Source: an uncultured Acidobacteriota bacterium
GTDB lineage: Bacteria; Acidobacteriota; Thermoanaerobaculia; Multivoradales; UBA5704
Assembly: GCA_963770895.1 (NCBI GenBank)
Contig: CAVYRF010000002.1
Span: 2,816,001 to 2,880,000, forward strand
Direction: 5' to 3'
Length of the DNA: 64,000 nt
Below are positions 39,490 to 49,635 of this stretch, piece after piece. Both the position numbers and the translations under genes were made by a program. Position 1 is the first letter of the stretch. Every line of letters begins with the position of its first letter. The notes beneath the pieces were generated by a model. That model had not been told where the DNA came from. It made no database searches and saw only the letters and a program-made list of their open reading frames with translations.

Positions 39490-42048
39490 CTACTCGCTGC
39501 GCAAGACTTCGATCGGGCGGCGCTTGAGGGCGCGGCCGCTGGCGCCCAGGCCGGCGGCGACGGTGAGCAGGACGCTGCCCAGGATGCCGATCGCGAGCGG
39601 CATCCATTCGAGCTGGCCGCTCAGGTTGAAGCCGCGGGTGATCACCGCCCAGGTGAGGGCGGCGGCGCCGCAGGCGCCGATGGCGCCGGCGACCAGGCCG
39701 ATCAGCGCGTATTCGACGGCGAAGTGGGAGGCGACGCCGGGGCGGGTCATGCCCAGGGTCTTGAGCAGGGCGACCTCGCGGCCGCGCCGCGCCGAGCCGG
39801 CGCTGATCGCGCCCGCCAGGATGGCGATGCCGGCGAGCACCGTGAAGCCGCCCAGGAAGCGCACGCCGAGCGCGATCCGGTTGAGCACCTTGGCGACCTT
39901 GTCGAGCAGCTCGCGCAGGCGCAGCAACGTGACGTTGGGATAGTTGGCCGCCAGCAGGTCCTGGACGCGCTGCTCGCCGCCCGGCGGCAGGCGGACGGAG
40001 GCGAAGCGTTGCTGCGGCGCCTGGTCCAGCACGCCAGGTTCGACCACCAGCGAGAAGTTGATGCCGAAGGTGCGCCAGTTCACCTCGCGGACGCTGGTGA
40101 CGGTGAGGTCGATCGGCACCCCCTCGACGTCGAAGCGCAGGACCGACCCCAGGTGCAGGCCCAGCTCTTCGGCGAACGACTTTTCGACGCTCACCTCGGG
40201 GCGCAGCGGGTCGCTCCACAGCGCCCCGGCGATGATCTTGTTGTCGGCGGGGAGCTGGCGCAGGTAGGTGAGGCGCTGCTCGCGCGTCAGCATCCAGCGG
40301 CGGTCGCGGTTGCGGTTGCGGCCCGTCCCGTCCTTGGTGCGGCGCGTGGCCAGGTCGTCGACGCTCACCCCGTCGATCGCCGCCAGGCGCGACGTGATCA
40401 CCGGCACCGATTCGATCCTGGTGGCGCCGGCGCGCTCCAGCAGCGCGCGCACGCCCGCCCATTGATCGGGCTGGATGTCGATCAGGAAGGCGCTGGGGGC
40501 GTCGGTCGGCAGCTGGCGCGTGAACTCGGCAGCCAGGCGGCGCTCGGTGAGCGACATGGCGAGCACCACCAGGACGCCCAGGCCCAGCGCGACGATGGCG
40601 CCGAACGTGGCGGCTCCCGGCCGCGCCAGAGCGGCCAGGCCCTGGCGCAGCCAGGGGCGCGCAAAGTCGCGCGGCAGGCGGCGCGCCAGGCTCACCACCA
40701 GCATTGCCGCGCCGGCCAGAACGGCGGTGACCAGCAGGATGCCGCCGGTGAATTCAACGCCGAGCAGCCACGAGCTGGCCTGCACCGCCGCCAGTGCCAG
40801 GATGCCGCCGACCAGGGCGGCCGCGGTCACCGCCGACGCCAGCGGGTGGCGAGGCAGCGGCTCGGCCTCGCGGCGCAGCACCCGCACCGGCGCCACCCGC
40901 AGCACCGCCGACAGCGGCGCCAGGCTGAATAGCAGCGCCACGCCCAGGCCCAGCCCCAGGCCGCGCGCCAGCGCCAGCGGCTGCCAGGGGTGCACCAGGT
41001 TGGGCGGAATCAGGTCCGGGAAAAGGCCGGGAAGCAGCTGCTGCACCGCCACCCCGGCGACGATGCCCACCAGGCTGCCGGCGAGGCCGAGCAGCGCCGT
41101 CTGCCCCAGGTAGAGCAGGAAGATTTCGCGTGGCCGCATCCCCAGGCACTTGAGCACCGCGATGGCGTCCAGCCGCCCGGCCAGCCAGGCGCGCACGCTT
41201 TCCGCCACGCCGATGCCGCCGACGAACAGCGACAGCAGCGCCACCAGGCCCAGGAACCGCTCGACGCGCGCCAGGTTGTCGCGCAACGCCGGCTGCGCGT
41301 CGCGGTAGGTTTCGACGCGGTAGAACGCGGGGTTGGGGATGGTGCGCTTGAGCCGGTTGGCGACCGCCTGCACCTGCGCGCCGGGCGTGCCGGCGGGGAA
41401 CTTGAGCAGCAGCCGGTAGGAGATGCGGCTGCCCTTGCCGGACAGCGGCGTGCGCGCCAGGCCGGCGCCTGAAATGAACACGCGCGGACCGACGGTGAGC
41501 GACAGCCCCACCCGGTCGGGCTCCGCCAGCACCACGCCGGCGATGCGGAACGGCACCCCGCCGATGCGCAGCCAGGCGCCGCGCGCCAGGTGCAGGCGCG
41601 CCAGCAGGTCGCCGGCTACCACCACGGCGTCCGGCGCCAGCAGCGTGTCGAGCGGCCGCGGCGGATCCAGCACCAGCTTGCCGTAGAACGGAAACTCGCC
41701 GGTCACCGCCTTGAGCTCGACCAGCTGGCTGGGGCCGGGGCGGCCGGCGGCGTCGGCGGGCGCGGCGACCACCGTGGGCGTCTCCTCGATCCGCGTCAGC
41801 GCCAGGCCGGGAGTGCCGGCGGTGGGGTCGAACCCCGCTGGCAGCGGCCGGCTGCCGGCGATCGCCAGGTCGGCGGCGAGCAGCTGGCGGGCCTCGACGC
41901 GGATGCCGTCGTCCAGGCTGGACGACAAGCCGGCGACTGCCACCACCGCCGACACCCCGACCGCCAGACAGGCGACGAAGAAGAGAAGCCGCCCGCGCGC
42001 GCCGCGCGATTCGCGCACCGCCGAACGCAGATACAGCGACAGGGTCAC
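39490..42048 (-). CDS. ybbP: ABC transporter permease, YbbP-like (duplicated FtsX/MacB)
   Basis: RESRG.RGRL, IAVLKCLG, APSAFLIDIQPDQ, REVNW...GINF, EVALLKTLG. Confidence 0.88.
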   Translation of the reverse strand: MTLSLYLRSAVRESRGARGRLLFFVACLAVGVSAVVAVAGLSSSLDDGIRVEARQLLAADLAIAGSRPLPAGFDPTAGTPGLALTRIEETPTVVAAPADAAGRPGPSQLVELKAVTGEFPFYGKLVLDPPRPLDTLLAPDAVVVAGDLLARLHLARGAWLRIGGVPFRIAGVVLAEPDRVGLSLTVGPRVFISGAGLARTPLSGKGSRISYRLLLKFPAGTPGAQVQAVANRLKRTIPNPAFYRVETYRDAQPALRDNLARVERFLGLVALLSLFVGGIGVAESVRAWLAGRLDAIAVLKCLGMRPREIFLLYLGQTALLGLAGSLVGIVAGVAVQQLLPGLFPDLIPPNLVHPWQPLALARGLGLGLGVALLFSLAPLSAVLRVAPVRVLRREAEPLPRHPLASAVTAAALVGGILALAAVQASSWLLGVEFTGGILLVTAVLAGAAMLVVSLARRLPRDFARPWLRQGLAALARPGAATFGAIVALGLGVLVVLAMSLTERRLAAEFTRQLPTDAPSAFLIDIQPDQWAGVRALLERAGATRIESVPVITSRLAAIDGVSVDDLATRRTKDGTGRNRNRDRRWMLTREQRLTYLRQLPADNKIIAGALWSDPLRPEVSVEKSFAEELGLHLGSVLRFDVEGVPIDLTVTSVREVNWRTFGINFSLVVEPGVLDQAPQQRFASVRLPPGGEQRVQDLLAANYPNVTLLRLRELLDKVAKVLNRIALGVRFLGGFTVLAGIAILAGAISAGSARRGREVALLKTLGMTRPGVASHFAVEYALIGLVAGAIGACGAAALTWAVITRGFNLSGQLEWMPLAIGILGSVLLTVAAGLGASGRALKRRPIEVLRSE

Positions 42049-42965
42049 CGCGCCACCAGCGGCACGTCCGCAGCTTCAGCTCCCTCGGCGTCGAGAGCCG
42101 GCGGCCCGCCGGCGGCCGGGGTCCCCGGCGGAGCCAGGTCCGGCGGCCCATCGCCGGTGCGACCATGGTCGATTCTTGGTGCAACGTCATGAGGGCGTTG
42201 GTCGGCAAGGTCCCGCGGGCGCGACGCCGACGCCGGATTGGCTGCGGCGCCTGGCCCGGCCTGGGCGGCGGCCGCGGCCGTCGCGGCGACATCGATGCGG
42301 CCGTCGCGCAGATGGATCTGGCGATCCGCCAGCGCCGCCACCGCCAGGTCGTGGGTCACCAGCACCAGCGTCGTTCCCTCCAGCCGCCGCAGCTCGGTCA
42401 GCAGCTGCAGCACCTTGCGGCCGGTCGCCCCGTCCAGGTTGCCGGTCGGCTCGTCCGCCAGCAGGATCGCGGGGCGCGCCGCGAAGGCGCGCGCCAGGGC
42501 AACCCGCTGCTGCTCGCCGCCCGACAGCTGGGACGGATAGTGATGGCCGCGGTCCGCCAGGCCGACCGCCGCCAGCAGCTGGTCCGCCCGCGCCGGCGGA
42601 TCGGCCAGCCCGGCCAGCTCGGCCGGCAGCAGCACGTTTTCGCGCGCCGTGAGGTTGCCCAGCAGCTGGAAGCTCTGGAAGACAAAGCCGACCTGGTGTC
42701 GCCGCAGGAGCGCCAGGGCATCTTCCGAGAGCCCCGAGATCGGCCGGCCATCGATCCGCACTTCGCCCGACGTGGGCCGGTCCAGCCCCGCCATCAGCGC
42801 CAGGAGCGTCGACTTGCCGCTGCCCGAAGGCCCCACCACGGCGACGAATTCGCCCGCCGCGATGCGCAGGTCCACGTCGTCCAGGATCGTCAGCTGGCGA
42901 TCGCCGGATGGCAATCGCCGCGTCAGGCCGGACAGCTCGATACGGGGCGCGGGTTGGGGAGGCAT
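42045..42965 (-). CDS. ybbA: ABC transporter ATP-binding protein, YbbA-like
   Basis: [44 protein letters not shown]. Confidence 0.9.
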   Translation of the reverse strand: MPPQPAPRIELSGLTRRLPSGDRQLTILDDVDLRIAAGEFVAVVGPSGSGKSTLLALMAGLDRPTSGEVRIDGRPISGLSEDALALLRRHQVGFVFQSFQLLGNLTARENVLLPAELAGLADPPARADQLLAAVGLADRGHHYPSQLSGGEQQRVALARAFAARPAILLADEPTGNLDGATGRKVLQLLTELRRLEGTTLVLVTHDLAVAALADRQIHLRDGRIDVAATAAAAAQAGPGAAANPASASRPRDLADQRPHDVAPRIDHGRTGDGPPDLAPPGTPAAGGPPALDAEGAEAADVPLVAR

Positions 42966-43065
42966 CGATGGCAGCGAAGAGGCGTGAAGGGGAGCGGGCC
43001 GCTGGACGGGGACTTGGACGCTTGGGAGCCTCAACCAGGAGACGCGGCAGACATAGAATCCTTAC

Positions 43066-43869
43066 ATGCCGCGGAAACTCGCAACTCGCATCCTCCTGCC
43101 GCTTATTCCCGCCGCCCTGCCCGCTGCGTGCGTGCTGGCGCTCACCCTCGCCGCTCCCGCCGTACCCTTGCTGGCCCACCCTGCGTCGGTCGCGCCGGCC
43201 GCGGTGACGTCCTTGGTGCCAGCTCGGGCTGGTGCACCGACATCCTCTTCCTCTTCCTTGGCCCCGCCGCCGGGGCCTGCCGCGGGCGCGGGGTCACCGC
43301 TGGTGGTGTTTTTGGGTGACAGCCTGACGGCGGGCCTGGGCCTGGCCGCCGACCAGGCCTATCCGGCGGTGCTGGAGCGCCAGCTGCGCGCCGACGGCGT
43401 GGCGGCGCGCGTCATCAACGCCGGCGTGTCGGGCGACACCACCGCCGGCGGCCTGCGCCGTGAAACCTGGCTGCTCGCCCAGCACCCCGCCATCCTGGTC
43501 GTCGGCCTGGGCGCCAACGACGGCCTGCGCGGCGCCGCCGTCGCCGACGTCGAACGCAATCTGCGCGACATCGTCGCCAACGCCCGCAAAACCGGCGCCG
43601 CGGTGCTGCTGCTGGGCATGCAGATCCCGCCCAACTACGGCCCCGACTACGCCGGTGCCTTTGCCGCCGTCTACCCGCGCATCGCGCGCGATCTGCACGT
43701 GGCGCTGGTCCCCTTCCTGCTGGCCGGCGTCGGCGGCATCCCCAACCTCAACCAGGCCGACGGCATCCATCCCACCGCCGCCGGTCATCAGATCGTCGCC
43801 GCCAACGTCAAACCCTACCTGGAAGACCTGCTGCGCCACCGCCCCGCCGCCGCCGCGGCAGGCCACTAG
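43066..43869 (+). CDS. tesA: SGNH/GDSL arylesterase (TesA-like)
   Basis: GDSLTAG, NAGVSGDTT, LGANDG, PPNYG, DGIHP; divergent from ybbA as in the known tesA-ybbAP arrangement. Confidence 0.92.
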   Translation: MPRKLATRILLPLIPAALPAACVLALTLAAPAVPLLAHPASVAPAAVTSLVPARAGAPTSSSSSLAPPPGPAAGAGSPLVVFLGDSLTAGLGLAADQAYPAVLERQLRADGVAARVINAGVSGDTTAGGLRRETWLLAQHPAILVVGLGANDGLRGAAVADVERNLRDIVANARKTGAAVLLLGMQIPPNYGPDYAGAFAAVYPRIARDLHVALVPFLLAGVGGIPNLNQADGIHPTAAGHQIVAANVKPYLEDLLRHRPAAAAAGH

Positions 43870-44705
43870 CCGGCGCGCTCCTGCTCCTTGGCTTCATCCC
43901 ACAGGGCGTCCATTTCGGCCAGGGTGGCCTGGGCGAGGGGGCGGTCGCGCGCGGCAAGGGCCTGCTCGACGTGCTGGAAGCGGCGGCGGAACTTGGCGTT
44001 GGCGGCGGCCAGGGCGGCCTCGGGATCGACGTCGAGCTTGCGGGCCAGGTTGGCGACGGCGAACAGCAGGTCGCCCAGCTCTTCGCGCACCGCGCCGGGC
44101 GTGTCGCCTGCCAGGGCGGCGCGGAGCTCGCGGATTTCCTCTTCGGCCTTGGTCAGAACATCGTCGGCGCGCGGCCAGTCGAATCCGACGCCGGCGGCTT
44201 TCTGGCTGATGCGATAGGCGGCCAGCAGCGCCGGCAGGGAGGCGGGCACGCCGGCGAGCAGCCCCGCGCGCGCCGGCTCTTCGGCGAGCTTGCGGCGCTC
44301 CCAGGCCGCGGCGACGGCGGCGGCGTCGGCAAGCTCCGCGCCGCCGAAGACATGAGGGTGGCGGGACACCATCTTGGTGCGCACCTGCTCGATCACGTCG
44401 GCCAGCTGGAAGGCGCCGGCTTCGGCGGCCAGGCGGCCGATGAAGGCTGTCTGAAACAGCACGTCGCCCAGCTCGCCGGCGATCTCCGTCCAGTCCGCGC
44501 CGTCGATGGCCGCGGCCAGCTCGTGGGCCTCCTCCAGCAGGTAGGCGCGCAGGTCGGCCAGATGCTGCTCGCGGTCCCACGGACAGCCGTCGGGCGCCCG
44601 CAAGCGCTCCACCAGGTCGAGCAGCGGCTGCAGGTCGGCGCCGCGCGCCGCGTCGGCAGCGCCAGGCGAACCGGCGGAGTGTGGCGGCTCGGTGGTTGGG
44701 GACAT
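43866..44705 (-). CDS. mazG: Nucleoside triphosphate pyrophosphohydrolase MazG
   Basis: LRAPDGCPWDREQ, EELGD x2, RHPHVFG, GFDW, KFRRRF. Confidence 0.95.
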   Translation of the reverse strand: MSPTTEPPHSAGSPGAADAARGADLQPLLDLVERLRAPDGCPWDREQHLADLRAYLLEEAHELAAAIDGADWTEIAGELGDVLFQTAFIGRLAAEAGAFQLADVIEQVRTKMVSRHPHVFGGAELADAAAVAAAWERRKLAEEPARAGLLAGVPASLPALLAAYRISQKAAGVGFDWPRADDVLTKAEEEIRELRAALAGDTPGAVREELGDLLFAVANLARKLDVDPEAALAAANAKFRRRFQHVEQALAARDRPLAQATLAEMDALWDEAKEQERAG

Positions 44706-45013
44706 GACGTTTGGTGTTCCTCGAAGTTCAGCCCGGCCGCGGTGGGGGTTTTGCGTCGCGCGGCACGGAACGTTGCCACCACTGTGTCACGACTCGGCCA
44801 AGGCCCTCCACGGGGTGCCGCCCAACGGTGCCAGCCAAACCACGTCCCCCCGGCGTGAGCCTGCCAGCCAGGGGGCGGCTCCTCATCCCCGCCGGGCCGC
44901 CGACGGACGCCCATCCCGCTTGCCGGGGTACACTTGCCCACCGGCGGGCCGCTTGCTACGATTTTTCAAGCTCAGCCGAAAACAATGCTGTCTGTTGGCG
45001 GGTGGAGGTGCTG

Positions 45014-45646
45014 GTGAGTGACGAAGGCAAGGCGCTGAAGATCACCGATAAGCGGATGTTCACCGCGGACGGTGAGCTGCGCGAAGAGTACCGATTCCTC
45101 GACCAGAAGACGGACGCCGCCGCCGAGCCCGCGGCGGCAGGTGGCGCGGTGGATGCGGCACGCGGCGCGACCCCGGCAGGCAGAGCCGGCGGGCCGGGCG
45201 CCGGGCCGGGGATGACCGGACCCGTCGCCGCGCCGTCGCCGGACTGGTCGTCCGGTGGTGTCGCCATGCGCGACGATGCCGCGCCGCAACCGGTGCGGCC
45301 GGCGGACCGCGGCGATCGCAATGACCGCGATGACCGCAGCGATCGCGGCGAGCCTGCCGACTACGGCGCCAGCGCGCGCCTGGAGCTGCCCGGCGCGCCG
45401 CCGGGCCTGGGGCCGACGTTTTACGACCTGGCGTCGGTGCTGGCGGAACCGATCCCGGTCTACCTGGGGGACGTGGAACTGCCGGACGGCCAATCGGCCG
45501 AAAACATCGAGGCGGCGCGTCTCTACATCGACCTGCTGGATGTCCTGCGGCAGAAGACCGCGGGCAACCTGACCGGCCAGGAAAGCGCCTTCCTGGAGGA
45601 CCTGTTGTACCGCTCGCGGGTCCGCTATGTCCAGAAGCGTGGATAG
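45014..45646 (+). CDS. DUF1844-like protein
   Basis: ITDKRMF N-terminus; ID.LD.L..KT.GNL...E..FL..LLY C-terminus; GGAGG RBS and TGCTACGAT at 44954-44962. Confidence 0.8.
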   Translation: MSDEGKALKITDKRMFTADGELREEYRFLDQKTDAAAEPAAAGGAVDAARGATPAGRAGGPGAGPGMTGPVAAPSPDWSSGGVAMRDDAAPQPVRPADRGDRNDRDDRSDRGEPADYGASARLELPGAPPGLGPTFYDLASVLAEPIPVYLGDVELPDGQSAENIEAARLYIDLLDVLRQKTAGNLTGQESAFLEDLLYRSRVRYVQKRG

Positions 45647-45673
45647 GCCGCCCATCGGCGCGGCCGGCGGAGC

Positions 45674-47473
45674 GTGAGCGTGCGCCCAGGCGCAGGCCCG
45701 CTGCTGGCGGCGGCGTGGGCGCTGGCCGGCCTGCTGGCGGCCCTCCCGGCGCCGGCTGCGGCGGCGCCGGCGGACGGCGATCCGGGGCAGCCCGCCGCGG
45801 GGATCGCGGTCAACACGGCGGGCGACGTGCCGGCGGCGGCGCGCGGCACCGGTTTCGAGGTGACGCCGGCGGTGCGCGGCCAGCTGCAACAGCTGCAGGT
45901 GGAGTGGCTGCGCTGGACGGGCGCCGCCGACCGCGAGCATTCCGAAAGCGCGGTGGGCGAAATGCTGGCGACCGCCGGCCAGATGGGCATGACGCGCCTG
46001 CCGGACCTGTCGCTGGGCGCCCTGGCGTGGGCGATGGAGTCGGCGCGCCACCACGATTTCGCGCGCGCCGAGTGGGCGCTGGCGGCGGCCGAGCGGCTGG
46101 ACCCGGGCCGCCCCGAACCGGCCTTCGCGGTGGCGGCCGTCGCCTGGCAGAGCCGTTCGTGGCTGCGCGCCGCCACCGCCCTGGGCAGCGCCTATTCGCG
46201 GCTCCTTCTGCTGCCGCTGCCGCGCTTCCTATGGCTGCAGGACCTGCTGATGTGGGGTGGGTGCCTGCTGCTGGTGACCGGCGGGCTGTTTGTCGCCGCA
46301 CTGCTGGCGACGCGCGGCGCCGGCCTGTTCCACGACTGCGTGCGGCTGTTTCCGGCGCGCCTGCCGCGCGCCCTGGCAATCCTGCTGGCGGCCGCGGTGC
46401 TGCTGTGGCCCCTGGCGCTGCCCGGCGGCCTGCTGTGGGCGCCGCTCCTGTGGTCGCTGCTGCTGTGGGGGTACGGCTCGGGGAGCGAGCGAACGGTGTT
46501 GATCGCCCTGTGGCTGCTGCTCGGCGCGGCGCCGGTGCTGATCGCGGCGCAGGAACGGGCGGTGGCGGTGCGGCTGTCGCCGCCGGTCAAGGCGCTGGAC
46601 AGCCTGCGCGAGCGCCGGCTGTATGGCGGGCTGTTCACCGACCTGGGAACTCTGCGCACCAGCCTGCCCGACAGCACGGCGGTCACGCACCTGGTGGCCG
46701 ACGTGCATCGGGTGTTCAACCAGTGGGACCTGGCGCGCGGTTTCTATCGCGAGGTGCTGGTCGCCGAGCCGCAGAACGCATCGGCGCTGCTGGATCTGGG
46801 CGTCTATGCCTACAACCGCGGCGACACCAACTCCGCCATCCAGTTCTTCCAGCAGGCCTCGGCGGCCGATCCGCACAATGCCGCCGCCGCGCAGTTCAAT
46901 CTCAGCCAGGCCTACAACGAGGCCTACCTGTTCGACGAGGCCCACCGCGCCCTGGCCCAGGCCAAGTCGATCGATGCCGAGGCGGTGGACCGCTGGCTGG
47001 CCAACGTGGATCAGGAAAAGGTGGTGGTCGCCGCCGGCGGTCTGGCGCTCATCCCCCAGATCGAAGCCAGCCTGGCGGGTGTCGCCCTGCGGCCGGACCT
47101 GGCCCGCCACGGCTCTTCGCTGATGGCGGCGCTCGGGCTGATCCTGGTGGCCGTGGCGCTGCACCTTGCCCGGCGGCCCTTCGGCTACACCGAGAGCAAT
47201 CTGCAGTGGCGGCTGGGCGGCCGCGCCCTGGACCGCTGGCGGCGGGCGCTGGTGCCGGGCCTGTCGGCGGTCGAGGCGGGAGAGGGCGCCCGCGCCTACC
47301 TGGCGCTGCTCACCCCGGCCGGCTTGCTGATGCTGCCGCTGTTCGAGCGCATGGGGTACCGCATCCCCTGGGGTTATGATGCGGGCAGCACCTTGCCATG
47401 GATCGTGTCGATCTCCGGACTGATGATCTACCTGGTCGTGCGGCTGCGCTGGGAGCTGCACAACGCGGTGTGA
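45674..47473 (+). CDS. Membrane protein with TPR domains
   Basis: Signal-like N-terminus, TM blocks, TPR motifs (ALLDLGV, AQFNLSQAY). Confidence 0.75.
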   Translation: MSVRPGAGPLLAAAWALAGLLAALPAPAAAAPADGDPGQPAAGIAVNTAGDVPAAARGTGFEVTPAVRGQLQQLQVEWLRWTGAADREHSESAVGEMLATAGQMGMTRLPDLSLGALAWAMESARHHDFARAEWALAAAERLDPGRPEPAFAVAAVAWQSRSWLRAATALGSAYSRLLLLPLPRFLWLQDLLMWGGCLLLVTGGLFVAALLATRGAGLFHDCVRLFPARLPRALAILLAAAVLLWPLALPGGLLWAPLLWSLLLWGYGSGSERTVLIALWLLLGAAPVLIAAQERAVAVRLSPPVKALDSLRERRLYGGLFTDLGTLRTSLPDSTAVTHLVADVHRVFNQWDLARGFYREVLVAEPQNASALLDLGVYAYNRGDTNSAIQFFQQASAADPHNAAAAQFNLSQAYNEAYLFDEAHRALAQAKSIDAEAVDRWLANVDQEKVVVAAGGLALIPQIEASLAGVALRPDLARHGSSLMAALGLILVAVALHLARRPFGYTESNLQWRLGGRALDRWRRALVPGLSAVEAGEGARAYLALLTPAGLLMLPLFERMGYRIPWGYDAGSTLPWIVSISGLMIYLVVRLRWELHNAV

Positions 47474-47521
47474 CATCGCCGCCCATGCCGTGCACCCCTG
47501 ATTCTCGTGAGGTCGTCGTCG

Positions 47522-49387
47522 ATGGCGATTGAGGGCAGCCTTGACCTGTTCGGCCTGCCGGAGATCCTGCAGATGATCTCCCAGCAGGGCAAGACCGGGA
47601 TTCTCACCATCCAGGGGCAGCAGGACATCGTGGCGGTGTCGTTCCTGAGCGGCAAGATCGTCGCCGCCGATTCGTTGGCCCATACGATCGAAGAGGGGCT
47701 GGGACAGGTCCTGGTTGGCGAAGGGCTGCTCGGCGCCGCCGACTTTGCGCGCGCCAACGCCGAAAACCATGCCACGGGCGGCCGCCTGCTCGACTTCCTG
47801 GTCGATCGCGGCATTCTGGCTCGCCAGGACCTGATGGCCGCCCTGCGGTTGCAGACCATGCGGCAGCTGGGCACGTTGCTGCACTGGCAGCAGGGCGACT
47901 TCAAGTTCTACAGCGGCGACGAGGTTTCCTACGAAGATGGTTTCGAGCCCATCTCGGTGGAGGACCTGTTGCTGCGGTCGCTGGCGGAATTTTCGGCGCC
48001 GGCCGCGCCCGCCGTGCAGCCGCAGCCGGGCGGAGCGGGATCTGCCGCGCCGGGGATGGCGGCGGCGGGAGCTGCCGCCGGGATGGCCGCGGCGCCCGCG
48101 GCGCCCGCGCTGCCATGGTCGCAACCGGTCGCCGCACCACCGGCGCCAGCGTCCAGGCCGGTTGCGGCGACCGCCGCCGGCAGCCTGGACGCGGTCACCT
48201 CCGCCCAGGCGGGTCCCCTGGCCGGTGGACCACCCTTCCCGGCGCCGGCCGCGCCGCAGCCGGCGGCAGCCGGCGGCGGCACCGACCCGCGCGGGCGCCG
48301 GCCGGCCGGACGGCAGCGGCCCGACAGCGGTGAGCTGTGGCTGCCGGAAGTGCCTGAGCTGCCCGAGGTCTCGCTGCTGCCCCATGGGGCCGGCGGCGCC
48401 GGGGCGGCGCCGCCGTTTGCCGTGGCCGTGCCGCCGGCCGCCGCCGGGGCGTCGCGGGCCGCCGCACCAGCGGCTGGCGCCGGCGCCGCGGCGCCGCCTC
48501 GCGCCCCCGCCGTGAACCCGGTGCCGCCCGCCGGTGCCGCCGGCCCAGCCGGCTCCCCCGGCCTCCCCGGCTCCCCCGGTTCGTCCGGCTCCCTCGGCTC
48601 CCCCGGTTCGTCCGGCTCCCTCGGCTCCCCCGGCTCCCTCGGATCATCGCGCCAGCCGGCGGCCCCGCTGCCCTGGCCGGCGGCGGTGATGATCCCGCCG
48701 GCGTCCGCCGCCGCCGCCGCCGCCCGGCCGCGCGTCGAGCCGGTGCGGCAGCGTCCGGACGGTGCGCGGGGGCCGGCCGGCGCCGGCGCCGCCGCCCCTG
48801 GGGCGATGCCGGCCGTCGCCGCGGCCGCGGCGACGATCGCGGTCCCTCCCAGCCCCGGTGCCCCCGCTTATGTCGACACGCCGCCGCTGCCGGCCAAGTT
48901 CCGGCAGATGCGGATCGAGCGCACCGGCATGGTGCCTGGGAGCGAACGGCTGGTCGTCGGGCTGTTGGCGCTGGCGCTGGTCGGCCTGGTCGTCGGCGTC
49001 GTGCGCCGCCTGCCGCAGGCGGTGCCGCTGCCGTTTCCCTGGCAGCAGGCGGAGCGCGGCACGCTGGTGCGCAACCAGCGCGAGTCGCTCTACAACAAGA
49101 TCGATCGGGCCGCCAAGACGGCCTTCCTGCGCGACGGCCGCTTCCCGGACCGGTTGAGCCAGCTGGCCGAATCGGGCCTGCTTTCGCCGGCGGACCTGGT
49201 GGACCCGGACGGCGAGCCGCTGCGCTACACCGCCCGCGAGGACAGCTATCTGCTGCAGGCCGTGGCCGCCGGCCAGCCGGTCGCCGACAGCGAGGTGAGC
49301 GAATCGATCGCGGGCAACTTCCTGCTCGACCCCAACCTGCTGCAGAACCACGACCCCACCGGTCCGCCCGTGGTGTTGCTGGACTAG
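47522..49387 (+). CDS. DUF4388 domain protein with long Pro/Ala linker, TM helix and pseudopilin-like C-terminus
   Basis: MAIEGSL..FGLPEILQMI....KTGIL; C-term DGRFPDRL..L...GLL....DPDG..LRY. Confidence 0.78.
   Translation: MAIEGSLDLFGLPEILQMISQQGKTGILTIQGQQDIVAVSFLSGKIVAADSLAHTIEEGLGQVLVGEGLLGAADFARANAENHATGGRLLDFLVDRGILARQDLMAALRLQTMRQLGTLLHWQQGDFKFYSGDEVSYEDGFEPISVEDLLLRSLAEFSAPAAPAVQPQPGGAGSAAPGMAAAGAAAGMAAAPAAPALPWSQPVAAPPAPASRPVAATAAGSLDAVTSAQAGPLAGGPPFPAPAAPQPAAAGGGTDPRGRRPAGRQRPDSGELWLPEVPELPEVSLLPHGAGGAGAAPPFAVAVPPAAAGASRAAAPAAGAGAAAPPRAPAVNPVPPAGAAGPAGSPGLPGSPGSSGSLGSPGSSGSLGSPGSLGSSRQPAAPLPWPAAVMIPPASAAAAAARPRVEPVRQRPDGARGPAGAGAAAPGAMPAVAAAAATIAVPPSPGAPAYVDTPPLPAKFRQMRIERTGMVPGSERLVVGLLALALVGLVVGVVRRLPQAVPLPFPWQQAERGTLVRNQRESLYNKIDRAAKTAFLRDGRFPDRLSQLAESGLLSPADLVDPDGEPLRYTAREDSYLLQAVAAGQPVADSEVSESIAGNFLLDPNLLQNHDPTGPPVVLLD
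48551..48643 (+). repeat. 9-bp in-frame tandem repeat (GSP/GSS/GSL)
   Basis: GGCTCCCCC / GGTTCGTCC / GGCTCCCTC units, with a 27-bp block duplicated. Confidence 0.8.
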
Positions 49388-49535
49388 CCGGCAACGCCGC
49401 CGCGCCACCGCGTCCCGTCTCCCGCAAGCCGTCGCCGCCGGGCCGCCGGGCGACCGGTCCGCCTCTCCGCGGGGAGCGGACTGCGCGCCGGAATAAATGT
49501 GCGTCCGATATTGTCAACATGGGTGTGGCCGATCT

Positions 49536-49564
49536 TTGACAGGGGGCCACTAAGGTTTTAAAAT
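49536..49564 (+). promoter_or_regulatory. Near-consensus sigma70 promoter for dnaK: TTGACA-N17-TAAAAT
   Basis: -35 at 49536-49541, -10 at 49559-49564. Confidence 0.8.
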
Positions 49565-49635
49565 TTCCAGCGCGGCGTGGGCAGAGGAGATCAGCGCGCC
49601 AGGCCGACTGAACCAAAATCAGGAGGAGAGAGCAC

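Noticed and set aside
44706-45013. Possible ncRNA between mazG and the DUF1844 gene
   Set aside because: I found no recognisable 6S, SRP, tmRNA or riboswitch signature; the region is adequately explained as a divergent promoter region.
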